This document shows positions 28,456-38,489 of a stretch of 64,000 nt of DNA, one piece after another. The stretch comes from a virus. How positions within the stretch are numbered: the first letter of the stretch is position 1; every line of letters begins with the position of its first letter. Below the pieces are notes generated by a model that was not told the DNA's origin, did not search any database, and saw only the letters and a list, made by a program, of their open reading frames with translations. The stretch spans positions 64,001 through 128,000 of IMG/VR virus record IMGVR_UViG_3300025809_002164, one strand, 5' to 3'. The translations under genes and the position numbers were made by a program.

Positions 28456-29217
28456 ATGCCTAAGAAAAAAGAAACTACAGTAGATAATTCCTCCGGCCCA
28501 TTATTATTTAAGAGAGATGAAAACGGCCTACTTATTAATAACCAGTATGAATTCAACGAAGACGGTTCCGTTAATTGGAGAGCAATGATAAGAGAAGAAT
28601 ATCTATTTCCTAATAAGTCTTGGTTTGATTTGCGGAAAAAAGATATGCCAAGATCTATAACTGGGCTACAAGATCACCAATTATTAATAAAGCTAGGAGG
28701 AATAAAAGAGCTTGCTAGAATGAGAGGGTTTTCTAAAATTTCTTACGATTTAATAAAATCTGAAATAGATCACGTAGCAGTAGTGTGTAGTATATTATAC
28801 ATTCCTAACTATGAGACCTCAGGAGAGCCAGTTTTATTTCAGGATGTAGCTAATGCAACAATTGAAAATACTAGTAGTTTTGCCAAAAAATTTCTAGAAA
28901 CAATAGCTTGCAATAGGTCATTCGTTAGGTGTGTTAGGAACTTCTTAAATGTGCATATTGTAGGAGACGACGAAATAGATAAGTCAGACAGTCAAAAGCC
29001 TCAACAAAACAACGAACTTTCTCCCGTCGGATTCCTAAAAAAAGAACTTTCAGAGAATCACGGAATATCTTCCTACGAAGAATTTTTACCAGAATTAAGG
29101 GAAATGCACAAAGCAGGAAACCTTAATATAACAACAGACATAATTAAAACTTGGAGCGGCTTTAATGACATATCCCCCAAAGATTGCAGGGTGCTACTTT
29201 CAATTTTAAAAAAATAA
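28456..29217 (+). CDS. putative Rad52/Sak-like single-strand annealing protein
   Basis: IKLGG..ELA..RG, A.A...N, ETIA.NRSFVRCVR resemble the Rad52-fold AETRA..RA motif. Confidence 0.5.
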   Translation: MPKKKETTVDNSSGPLLFKRDENGLLINNQYEFNEDGSVNWRAMIREEYLFPNKSWFDLRKKDMPRSITGLQDHQLLIKLGGIKELARMRGFSKISYDLIKSEIDHVAVVCSILYIPNYETSGEPVLFQDVANATIENTSSFAKKFLETIACNRSFVRCVRNFLNVHIVGDDEIDKSDSQKPQQNNELSPVGFLKKELSENHGISSYEEFLPELREMHKAGNLNITTDIIKTWSGFNDISPKDCRVLLSILKK

Positions 29218-29220
29218 TAT

Positions 29221-31335
29221 CTAACCTTTAATCCCAGCGGGCCCAGTGTCCAATACAGATTCTATATTAAAAATAGATTCTTTATCTAACTTCTTAATAG
29301 TAACTATCATATCCTTCATATCTAAGTCGTGTAAGATTTTGGCCTCACCATTAACTTCAACCACTGGAACTTTTTCTTTTAACTTAGCTTTAATTTTACC
29401 ATTAGCTAAGCACCAAGTGCCCCTAGTCTGCACGGTATTTCCCTGTTCGGGTTGACACTTAAAGTCACTTTCACTAGTGTCATGATGGTAGCTTAAGTGT
29501 GAATTTTCATCAAGATCTTCATAAAATTCATCCTTCTCATAATATTCTTTACTAAATTGATTTTGTGAAGGTTTGTGTAAATTACTAGGAGTGCTATTAC
29601 TATCGGAATGAGAAAAAGTAACTATGGATTCAGCGAATATAGTTATTCCATCTGGATCAGATTTAGAAGTCTTAAACTCCTTGGATGATCCATTAACAGT
29701 AGGAACTATACCGTCTTTAGTAGGATCTTGTACCCAGTTAAACTTAATATTTTCATCATCTATATCGTCTTTACTCCAGAAAAACCTTTTACTTTTTGAG
29801 AGTATATTACCCTCAACATTTATCTCAAACGTTTCGTCAAACCCAACATTTTGCTTCTCCGCTTTAACTGCAGCATTATCGCAAAAGCATCTCACAGCTA
29901 AGAAATAATCAGACTGTGTCATTGATATTGAGCTTCCACCACCAGCATCTTCAGAGCTTATCCCCGTCCATGTACCATCTCTTTTTTGATAACTAAGGAT
30001 ATTAGCATCTTGTGAATTTTCTACTTTTATTTTCTTTGGGTTCTTTGGATTAGGAGGACCTATTGAATTACCCCCTGGAGAGTAGACATGAACTAAGACT
30101 GGCAAGAAATTAGTAGGAGCTAAACATTTAATTTTCCCAGAACTAGAAACCCTTACTATTTTTTTATCATCATTCCTAGAGAAAACAGGCCCTCTGCTAT
30201 CTGAATCCCATCCCGCCCCCCTGACTCCATCTTTACCTCCATCAACAGATCTAGCTAGTCTGGCCCTATATCTCAATCCTACATCTGGAAAATTGATATT
30301 AGCTTCCTCCCCCACTCCTAAAGTAATAGCCTGAGTTACTTCAAGAGCGGTATTTTCATTATCCATCTTAGAAAGATCAATAGACCTAGTTCCATAAACA
30401 AATTCTGCATCCTCATAAACATCCGAAGAGGTCAAGCCTCCCGTTAAGCCTGAGGATAATTTTATTGTTTTGTTAAAGCTATCTCCTTTTTCTATATCAC
30501 AATTACAATAGTGCCCATTTTTATGGTATCCTAAATTTTCATCTTTAATTTTTGAATCAACTCCGTCCTCTTTTACATTAGAATTGTCTAGATCATCAAA
30601 ACCTTGATCTCCTGCCCCAGCAGCGCATAAATTAACAGGTACATCTATAGGTATTTGCCAGCTACAGTTAGCTTGGTCCTTGAATATTACCATAGTTTTA
30701 CCTGGCTTTGTTGCGGTCATGGTAAAAGTATGTGAGTCTTCGTCAAAATTTTCATCAACATTGAAGTTATTTCTTCTTACTTGTTCTGCCCCCATCGTTC
30801 TCATCTCTGGTCTAAAATTGTTAGCAGCTACTGAAACAGGAGGGTCAATATTAATTATGTCAGGGTTAGCGACAACAGCAAACCTCATATTTCCCAACCC
30901 CCCTATAATCTTTATTTTAATTTCTTCTCCCTTAGGTATTGCCACTCCATTTAATTTTCCAAATTTTCCGGCAATCTTATTAACACAAGATCCTCCACCA
31001 AATGCAAGTTGACCTCTACCCGCAATAGCGGCAGCAAGGCCCCCAACCTGTATTGCTTTTATTCTATTGTCTACTACTCCATTACCTTCAGCCTCGACAC
31101 AATAATCAACACATCTTCTAGTTATTGTTAATGTACCTTTTATTTTATTATCGTTGCCAATAAAATTTTCACCATCAATCCAAATATGACTTTCTGGATT
31201 ATTTCTAAACACAGTGTTTTCAACAAAATTTATATTTCCACCACCATCTCCTGGTTGATAGTTCCATGAGATTATTTTATTAATCTTACCCGCAGGGCAA
31301 CACTGTTCGTTAAATTTGAATATATATTCTGCCAT
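29221..31335 (-). CDS. putative virion protein with Ig-like beta-sandwich segments
   Basis: TATKPGKTMVIFKDQ and IVRVSSSGKIK resemble bacterial Ig-like repeats; Cys-rich; last gene of the structural block. Confidence 0.55.
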   Translation of the reverse strand: MAEYIFKFNEQCCPAGKINKIISWNYQPGDGGGNINFVENTVFRNNPESHIWIDGENFIGNDNKIKGTLTITRRCVDYCVEAEGNGVVDNRIKAIQVGGLAAAIAGRGQLAFGGGSCVNKIAGKFGKLNGVAIPKGEEIKIKIIGGLGNMRFAVVANPDIINIDPPVSVAANNFRPEMRTMGAEQVRRNNFNVDENFDEDSHTFTMTATKPGKTMVIFKDQANCSWQIPIDVPVNLCAAGAGDQGFDDLDNSNVKEDGVDSKIKDENLGYHKNGHYCNCDIEKGDSFNKTIKLSSGLTGGLTSSDVYEDAEFVYGTRSIDLSKMDNENTALEVTQAITLGVGEEANINFPDVGLRYRARLARSVDGGKDGVRGAGWDSDSRGPVFSRNDDKKIVRVSSSGKIKCLAPTNFLPVLVHVYSPGGNSIGPPNPKNPKKIKVENSQDANILSYQKRDGTWTGISSEDAGGGSSISMTQSDYFLAVRCFCDNAAVKAEKQNVGFDETFEINVEGNILSKSKRFFWSKDDIDDENIKFNWVQDPTKDGIVPTVNGSSKEFKTSKSDPDGITIFAESIVTFSHSDSNSTPSNLHKPSQNQFSKEYYEKDEFYEDLDENSHLSYHHDTSESDFKCQPEQGNTVQTRGTWCLANGKIKAKLKEKVPVVEVNGEAKILHDLDMKDMIVTIKKLDKESIFNIESVLDTGPAGIKG

Positions 31336-31337
31336 AA

Positions 31338-34088
31338 TTAAAGATTTTGAATAAATACTACATCACATTCTTGATTTCCTGGAGTTAAGCTTACCGAAAT
31401 ACTAGGAGTAATAGTAGAAGTAACCGTAATGCTAGGAGTAATAGTAGGAGTAGTCGTAATGCTGGGAGTAATAGTAGGAGTAGCCGTAATAGTAGGAGTG
31501 GTCGTAATGCTAGGAGTAATCGTACTCGTTGGAGTAATCGAAATAGTACAGGTAACACTAGGAGTGATTGTAATACTAGGAGTAATAGTGGGAGTGATAG
31601 TAGGAGTAATCGTGCTCGTCGGAGTAATCGTACTAGTCGGAGTAATCGTGCTCGTCGCAGTAATCGTACTCGTTGGAGTAATCGTACTCGTTGGAGTAAT
31701 CGTACTCGTTGGAGTAATCGTGCTCGTCGGAGTAATCGTGCTCGTCGGAGTAATCGTGCTCGTCGGAGTAATCGTGCTCGTCGGAGTAATCGTGCTCGTC
31801 GGAGTAATTGTGCTGGTTGGAGTTGGCGACAGCCCTGGGGTAACGCTCTGTGTAGCAGTGGGAGTAGGGCTTTTATCTTGAGTGCTAGTTGGAGTAATTG
31901 TGCTTGTCGGAGTAATCGTGCTAGTTGGAGTAATTGTGCTAGTCGGAGTAATCGTGCTAGTCGGAGTAATTGTGCTTGTCGGAGTAATCGTGCTAGTCGG
32001 AGTAATCGTGCTAGTCGGAGTAATCGTACTAGTCGGAGTGATCGTGCTAGTTGGAGTAATCGTACTAGTCGGAGTAATCGTACTAGTTGGAGTAATCGTA
32101 CTAGTTGGAGTAATCGTACTAGTTGGAGTAATCGTACTAGTCGGAGTAATCGTGCTAGTCGGAGTAACTGTCGGAGTAATCGTACTAGTCGTAGTAACTG
32201 TTGGAGTAATTGTCGGTGTTGGGGTGGAACTCAGGCTAGGTATCGGCGGAGCACAAACATCCACTCCACACATAGCCCCACTCCAATAATTAGGCAATGT
32301 ATTGTAATTCCATATTCTATCATAGTCTATCTCGTAATTTCCTTGGCCGTCCGCATTTTTAACAGGATATCTATTTAAATAAATTTTATAACAACCAGTA
32401 GGTATTCCAGTGTAACCACCCCCATCTAATTCAACTTGTTGCTGGTCGTATAAATAAGATTTATAATTGCCACTAACAGCAGGCCAGTTATTATCTATGT
32501 ATTTAACATTTCCTTCCATACCCTCATACATACCCTTAACTTCATCATGCTGATAATTAAACAAATAATAAACACCCTCCACTGAGTCTCCTACAATATT
32601 ATTAAGAAATAAGTTTTCACTTGCAGGAACAGTATCATGAGCGTTTGGGTTTACAGCATAATTTAAATATTGAAAAATTCCTCTAATACTGTAATCATAA
32701 AATTCATTAGGGTATGTATAAAAAACGTCTCTACCATCACAACTGATTAATTTCCACACAGTAGACGACATCAATTTTCTATCCGAGTAATATCTACCAG
32801 CCTTAGTTACATCCACTCCATCGTTAGTCCCAAAGCTTTGTTTCACTCCAGCCGAAACAACATCAGGCTCCGGTATATTGTATCGCAAAGATATAAGCTC
32901 TGTAAACCCATCTCCTATAGCACTAACCAGGTCAGCTATCTCTTTAGACCTAAAGTCTATTGTTCCTACACTAACAAAAGATGTTGTCCCTTTTTGTATA
33001 GCTAGGGCTATTATATTTTTAACTATAGTTATAACTCTAGGGTTTTTTATTGTAACAATATTATGGTGCAAATATGGTATATCTTTTTGAAAATCAAACC
33101 GAGTAGCTATTCCATTATTTCCGGTGGCATAAGTGCTAGTTATCTCGCTAGAACCAAAATCTATCGGGTCATATGTCGCATGAATTTCAGGTGAAATATT
33201 AATCGATACATCATTGATTTTATCCACATATGCATTAATCTCTCCATTAACTTTTGTGAAAATTCCACTAGCATAAATCTTATTTTTTTCTAGCATTTCA
33301 GATGCAGAGTCTGATGTTTTATATAAAAAATTATCTCTATGAAGCTCAAGCTCTGGAGCATGAGAGGGAACATTAAATGACGAAATTACTTCGGCTGGAG
33401 AATATATGGCATTAACTTTCTTAATTAAAGGCATATATGGAAGATCGGCATTATCCAGAGGAAATGCTTTATTTAAACTCCTAGAAGTATCAATATCATA
33501 TATATAGCAATTATTTAAAATATTATAAAAAATATTTGAATTATTATCGTCTATAGAAAAATCATATACGTTTTGATCTGCATTAACTGCAGGGATCCCG
33601 ACAGACTTAACTTTACCGGAAATCAACCTTTTAATCTTAGATGCAGATAGCCCACTATATATAGTGTTGTTATAAGTAAAACTAACAGGAAAAAGTTCAT
33701 TGTCTGACCTGCTTTTTCTGTAATCACTACGAAACTTAGTAAAGCTCCGAACCACCTCGCTCTTTTCTAGAAAAGCCTGAAGAATTGCTTGCCTATCTTG
33801 TTCCAGTATTTGCGACCATTTAATGGTAGTCCCACCGGCCAAATTTATATCTTGGTTAAATGCATCGGTAACAAAATTAGCCTTATCCACCCTATCTTCA
33901 TACTCTTCGTGAAGATGGACTCCTATGGAAAAGAATTTTAAATCAAAATCATTAACATCCCCATCCCCGTCGACATCCCATACATTTAAATTTCCTTTTT
34001 TTTCGATGGCTGCATTAAGTTGATTTACAGGTATGCCTTGATTTACTAAATTAAAAGAAGTTGAAAATTTTATTCGCTTTATTGGCAT
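31338..34088 (-). CDS. putative virion protein with a dockerin/EF-hand-like motif and a C-terminal mucin-like PTS tract
   Basis: WDVDGDGDVNDFDL Ca-binding loop; about 280 aa of TITPTS repeats. Confidence 0.8.
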   Translation of the reverse strand: MPIKRIKFSTSFNLVNQGIPVNQLNAAIEKKGNLNVWDVDGDGDVNDFDLKFFSIGVHLHEEYEDRVDKANFVTDAFNQDINLAGGTTIKWSQILEQDRQAILQAFLEKSEVVRSFTKFRSDYRKSRSDNELFPVSFTYNNTIYSGLSASKIKRLISGKVKSVGIPAVNADQNVYDFSIDDNNSNIFYNILNNCYIYDIDTSRSLNKAFPLDNADLPYMPLIKKVNAIYSPAEVISSFNVPSHAPELELHRDNFLYKTSDSASEMLEKNKIYASGIFTKVNGEINAYVDKINDVSINISPEIHATYDPIDFGSSEITSTYATGNNGIATRFDFQKDIPYLHHNIVTIKNPRVITIVKNIIALAIQKGTTSFVSVGTIDFRSKEIADLVSAIGDGFTELISLRYNIPEPDVVSAGVKQSFGTNDGVDVTKAGRYYSDRKLMSSTVWKLISCDGRDVFYTYPNEFYDYSIRGIFQYLNYAVNPNAHDTVPASENLFLNNIVGDSVEGVYYLFNYQHDEVKGMYEGMEGNVKYIDNNWPAVSGNYKSYLYDQQQVELDGGGYTGIPTGCYKIYLNRYPVKNADGQGNYEIDYDRIWNYNTLPNYWSGAMCGVDVCAPPIPSLSSTPTPTITPTVTTTSTITPTVTPTSTITPTSTITPTSTITPTSTITPTSTITPTSTITPTSTITPTSTITPTSTITPTSTITPTSTITPTSTITPTSTITPTSTITPTSTITPTSTQDKSPTPTATQSVTPGLSPTPTSTITPTSTITPTSTITPTSTITPTSTITPTSTITPTSTITPTSTITPTSTITATSTITPTSTITPTSTITPTITPTITPSITITPSVTCTISITPTSTITPSITTTPTITATPTITPSITTTPTITPSITVTSTITPSISVSLTPGNQECDVVFIQNL
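31380..32230. repeat. 18-bp coding tandem repeat (TITPTS)n
   Basis: unit ggagtaatcgt[ag]ct[acgt]gt[ct] on the plus strand. Confidence 0.95.
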
Positions 34089-34105
34089 TTTATTTTAATG
34101 TTAAA

Positions 34106-36289
34106 TTATTTCTCATTCCATCTTATAGGAGTCATATTAAAATCCATGAAGGGAAAGTTATCATATACTGTGTATTCTTCACCTCTATACGAGAAAGTTG
34201 AATCAAAAGCATAAAGTTTTCTCATGAAAGGAGGATTAAATACCTGACTTTTAATGCTTCCGTCAGTGACGGAAGATGGAATTACGTTGGTTATTTTTTC
34301 TCCAGGAATAGGGCTAGTCCAATTTTTCAAAAGGGTGTTAGTGTCGGAGACACTATTGCTAGAACTCATGTAGAGCCCCCACTCAATAAATTGATGAACC
34401 CACGGATATCCGTCCGACTCTTTAAACATTATACTCCATAGCTTTCTTCGTATTACATTCCCGTCACCATTTATGCCCATGTATAAACCTTTTCCACACC
34501 TCGAATAGTTCTGCATCATTATATCGCAAACCCCGACAGCCTCTTCTCCGCCAAGCTCCATTATTTCTCTTAAGTTAGAATCTTTCTTGTCTAGGAAATC
34601 TAAAAGCCCCGAGTCAGCAAAAAAACTACTCATCATAAAGCCCAACGAGATGTCCCCGCCCCCTATGCTTTCAATACTTGCAGCTATATCCTTAAATTGC
34701 CTCCAAAAACCCTCAGATGTAAGATTCCCGAAGTATCTATAGTCCTGACCCAATTCCTTTCCATTGATTAAATCATAATGGGGCATGCCAGGATTATAAT
34801 GCTCTCCAAAATCAAGGAAATCTCCGAATTCATTTTGTACTGGTAAAAAATCATTAATATTTAAGTTATTAATAAAGTTATAATTGCCATGAAGCTTACT
34901 TGAATTAATTTTTTGCTCAGAATATAAATCATAAACCTCTTGCTTTGGCCTCCAATTTTTAAGAAATCCATTATCACTATCAATTCCAGGATATGTTGCA
35001 TATAAAGGCTTGTTATTAAATGTCAAATTGAGCGAGTCAAAATCTTCAAAAGAGTGGTCTCCAGCTTCAGGAAATTGATTCATAGCATAAGCTTCATTCT
35101 TGTACCATTCTGGATCCCCGAAATCTAAACCTTTTTCCGTCATCGCTGTCGAAATATATGCAACTTCAGATCCAGCCTCATAGCATCTAGCTAAATCTCC
35201 AACCTTAGACGAAATAAAATTTAATCCATCAGAAGTAATTGACGAGTTCGCCCCGAAAGTGAAACCTCCGCTATTAGCAAAACCCGACTGAACCCATTTT
35301 CCTAGATACTTATAAATAAAAACCTCACCAGTATTTCCATTGGATATTAAAAGAGAAGCCCCACTATGATCTAATGACAAATTGGCTCCAAATTTACTAT
35401 TTCTAGTCGGCCTATTATCTAATATTGCCCCCCCAATTTGCTGCCATCTATTGAACATTTTGTTGAGCCTGAATACTTTTACATTATTCCTAGATGGCTC
35501 ATAATTACCAAATGCAAATGTCAATCCATCGCCACTTATAGATACAGAGCTTTTTGAATTAACCATGTCCCAAGATTGAACCTCTAAGTTGAGTCCACCT
35601 AGAGAGTTAACCCATTGGCTTCCATTAAAATCGCACAAAGTGACTTCAGAAATTAGCCCCAACTTAGAAGATCCTAGTGAAACTATTCGGCTTCCCTCGT
35701 CGTTCATTGAAACAGATCTTCCCAATTTAGAATTTTTTTGCTTGCCCTCTATTCTTGACCCCATCCTTTGCCATACATTTAATGAATTATTAAACTCATA
35801 AACCTCAACAAAGCCTGCAGATTCCTGAAAAATCTCTCCAGAAGATTCTAAATATTCGTAATCGTTAATCTTTTCCTGATAATCCCCAACCCTATCGTCA
35901 TAATAAAGAGGAATCCTAAACTCTGGGTCTGAGCTTGAAAAATCATACCCACCCATTGGAGCTCCTATAACTATAGTTTCTCCACTTTCATTCATATCTA
36001 TAGATCGACCAAATTCATCTAACTTATGATCGCCAGTCATTACTTGCCCAATCATATTCCATATTCCACTGTCCTCCCTAAAGACTGCCACACTATTTGT
36101 GTCAAAGCTTACTGCCAAAATATCGCCAGCTCCATTCATTACTACTGTTTCGGGATTTTTAATTGGTATTCTGTAAGAACTAATCCAATCGCTTTCTTCT
36201 AATTTGAAAACAGAAACTCCAGATTCATCCGAGCATGCGGATATTGTTGCTGAATTATTAACTGTTACTGATTTTGCGAAATTTTTCAT
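34106..36289 (-). CDS. putative virion protein with FG-GAP-like beta-propeller repeats
   Basis: FGRSIDMNESGETIVIGAP, LGRSVSMNDEG, FGANLSLDHSG, W.QIG repeats. Confidence 0.7.
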   Translation of the reverse strand: MKNFAKSVTVNNSATISACSDESGVSVFKLEESDWISSYRIPIKNPETVVMNGAGDILAVSFDTNSVAVFREDSGIWNMIGQVMTGDHKLDEFGRSIDMNESGETIVIGAPMGGYDFSSSDPEFRIPLYYDDRVGDYQEKINDYEYLESSGEIFQESAGFVEVYEFNNSLNVWQRMGSRIEGKQKNSKLGRSVSMNDEGSRIVSLGSSKLGLISEVTLCDFNGSQWVNSLGGLNLEVQSWDMVNSKSSVSISGDGLTFAFGNYEPSRNNVKVFRLNKMFNRWQQIGGAILDNRPTRNSKFGANLSLDHSGASLLISNGNTGEVFIYKYLGKWVQSGFANSGGFTFGANSSITSDGLNFISSKVGDLARCYEAGSEVAYISTAMTEKGLDFGDPEWYKNEAYAMNQFPEAGDHSFEDFDSLNLTFNNKPLYATYPGIDSDNGFLKNWRPKQEVYDLYSEQKINSSKLHGNYNFINNLNINDFLPVQNEFGDFLDFGEHYNPGMPHYDLINGKELGQDYRYFGNLTSEGFWRQFKDIAASIESIGGGDISLGFMMSSFFADSGLLDFLDKKDSNLREIMELGGEEAVGVCDIMMQNYSRCGKGLYMGINGDGNVIRRKLWSIMFKESDGYPWVHQFIEWGLYMSSSNSVSDTNTLLKNWTSPIPGEKITNVIPSSVTDGSIKSQVFNPPFMRKLYAFDSTFSYRGEEYTVYDNFPFMDFNMTPIRWNEK

Positions 36290-36293
36290 ATTA

Positions 36294-38489
36294 TTAAGAT
36301 AACTGGTCGGCAGTCACGCCATATGCATAATTCTCATTCCCATCATTATCTAAATATGATATATTGTATGTGCATAAGCTTGAATCGTCATATTCAAAAG
36401 TTGAAGCAATCGTGTAATCGCTCGCTCCTCCGCCTGGACTGTACATCATAGGCCAAGTGCCATCGGGATCCCATGTACACGAACCTCCTCCGCCAGGAGA
36501 ACTATCATTACATGTTCCATTTTCATCCATAGAAACACATTCCTGCCTTAAAAATAAAGTCCAGTAATCCTCATAACTATTCCCCATCGCATTAAATTTT
36601 GTTTGATATTTACAATCGCTAGTTATACCTTTTATTGTTATTGAGGTACCTTCATAGAAAAAATCTGCATCAATTCCGTAGCTACAATCATTTCCACCAT
36701 AATCACCCAAAATTCCTGCCTGCTTTGGCCCACTGTATGTTCCAGTGTAATGAGTCGCATAGACATCTTTACCCATGTAATATCTTGGATTACTACCAGC
36801 ATCCCAAGATCCTAATTGAGTTTGATTAACATCTTGCTCTTCCCCCTGATCGTTCGTATATATTAAATTCCCAAATTGATTTATCGTTCCTAAGTATGCA
36901 GTTATTTCTTGTCCGGAAGTTATAACTCCTAAATTAAAATCAACAAAAATCTCATCTCCCTTATGAATTGGATACACAGGGCCGGCATTCTGATGCGTCA
37001 TCGACGACTCCAGCAATCCAATGTATGTGTTATTAGTATTTAATACATCTTCCACCGTCCATGAGCATGTTGCTGGATCCTCTGCCAATAGTTTAAATAA
37101 CCTCTCGAATTGATGATCCGAGTCAGCAGCATCGTAGTACCAAACAAGATCATTAGTACTATATTGAGTCTGGCATCCAGGAGTAGCCGACGGAGTTATT
37201 GAAATTGTTGGAGTAATCGTACTCGTCGGAGTGGTTGTAGGTGTTACAGTTCTGGTCAAACTTACAGTTGGAGTGACACTACTAGTAGGAGTAGCAGTTA
37301 ATCCTACCGTCACTGAGGGAGTAATTGTTGGTGTATTCGTAGGAGTAATCGTGCTGGTAGGAGTGATCGTACTAGTCGGAGTAATCGTACTAGTTGGAGT
37401 AACCGTTGATGTTGGAGTTATAGTAGGGGTTGGAGTAGAGCTCTGACTTGGGTAAACAATATCCCCACCCAGCTGAAACATTCTTACAACATTCTGCTTA
37501 ACAAACCCGTCTGGAGCTTGAGTAGAAGTCAAACTCGGAGTTAATGTCGGAGTAGGACTACTACTAGCCCCCGGAGTCGAAGTTACAGACACAGTAGGAG
37601 TTGGAGTTTTAAAAGGGGTAGTAGTTGGGGTCAGTGTAGGGGTAAAGCTAGGAGAAGCAGAGACACTAGCAGTAACACTTTGAGTTATCAATGGAGGATC
37701 TACAGCTGGAACCCTGACTTCAGCTATGTCATAATCTCTTACCGAAAAACTGCCATCGCTTGCCTCTGAGCCTTTTTTTATAAAAAAATATTGATCCTGG
37801 TAGAAAGATATATCAAAAAAATCTTCAACCTCATACCTGCTTACATTAAAATTAGAACTATCTGAGACAAGAAAATATTCAGGATTTTCTGGAAATTCTT
37901 CACTGGAAAAGAAATATGAAAATGGAGGTTGATCAGCTACAGAAACTCTCCATCCATCAGAATAAGGATACCCCAACCCTTCGTCTTCGAATTCCTCCAA
38001 AGATAAAGCCCTAACAACTTCAATATTTCCTGTAATCTTATAACTTAAATCAGACACTCCTATATTAAATATATCAGATTGGTGCAATTTATCATTAATC
38101 AAAACCTCGAATTCATATTCTTCAAATTCAGAATTCCAATTATACGGCAAATATATATCCTTATTAAATAAGTTTGAACCCTGGGCAAAAACTTCAGTAT
38201 TCCCAAACACTCCTGCAGCTTGTTCAGCTGCAAAATATATCTTAAACATTTCATATCGATCACTATAACCGATAGCCCAGTTGTCAAATTCAAAATATTC
38301 ACTAGTTGAATTAGTTCTGGATACATATACATACTCAGAGTCTCCTAAATCCCCTATCCATGGAAAACTGCTTCTTTTTTGTATTTCATACAGCCCAACA
38401 GGAGAAACATAATCTCGATTGCCGAAACTTACCGATTGAAATCTTTTTTCCGAAAAAGCTAAATACAACTGACCCGCGCTTAGCTCCAT
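36294..38489 (-). CDS. putative virion protein with internal PTS tracts and a Cys-containing C-terminal region
   Basis: two Thr/Pro/Ser-rich segments; acidic aromatic-rich N-terminus. Confidence 0.75.
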   Translation of the reverse strand: MELSAGQLYLAFSEKRFQSVSFGNRDYVSPVGLYEIQKRSSFPWIGDLGDSEYVYVSRTNSTSEYFEFDNWAIGYSDRYEMFKIYFAAEQAAGVFGNTEVFAQGSNLFNKDIYLPYNWNSEFEEYEFEVLINDKLHQSDIFNIGVSDLSYKITGNIEVVRALSLEEFEDEGLGYPYSDGWRVSVADQPPFSYFFSSEEFPENPEYFLVSDSSNFNVSRYEVEDFFDISFYQDQYFFIKKGSEASDGSFSVRDYDIAEVRVPAVDPPLITQSVTASVSASPSFTPTLTPTTTPFKTPTPTVSVTSTPGASSSPTPTLTPSLTSTQAPDGFVKQNVVRMFQLGGDIVYPSQSSTPTPTITPTSTVTPTSTITPTSTITPTSTITPTNTPTITPSVTVGLTATPTSSVTPTVSLTRTVTPTTTPTSTITPTISITPSATPGCQTQYSTNDLVWYYDAADSDHQFERLFKLLAEDPATCSWTVEDVLNTNNTYIGLLESSMTHQNAGPVYPIHKGDEIFVDFNLGVITSGQEITAYLGTINQFGNLIYTNDQGEEQDVNQTQLGSWDAGSNPRYYMGKDVYATHYTGTYSGPKQAGILGDYGGNDCSYGIDADFFYEGTSITIKGITSDCKYQTKFNAMGNSYEDYWTLFLRQECVSMDENGTCNDSSPGGGGSCTWDPDGTWPMMYSPGGGASDYTIASTFEYDDSSLCTYNISYLDNDGNENYAYGVTADQLS
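37180..37690. repeat. degenerate PTS coding repeats
   Basis: TITPTS/TPTPT units split by a short spacer (QAPDGFVKQNVVRMFQLGGD). Confidence 0.8.
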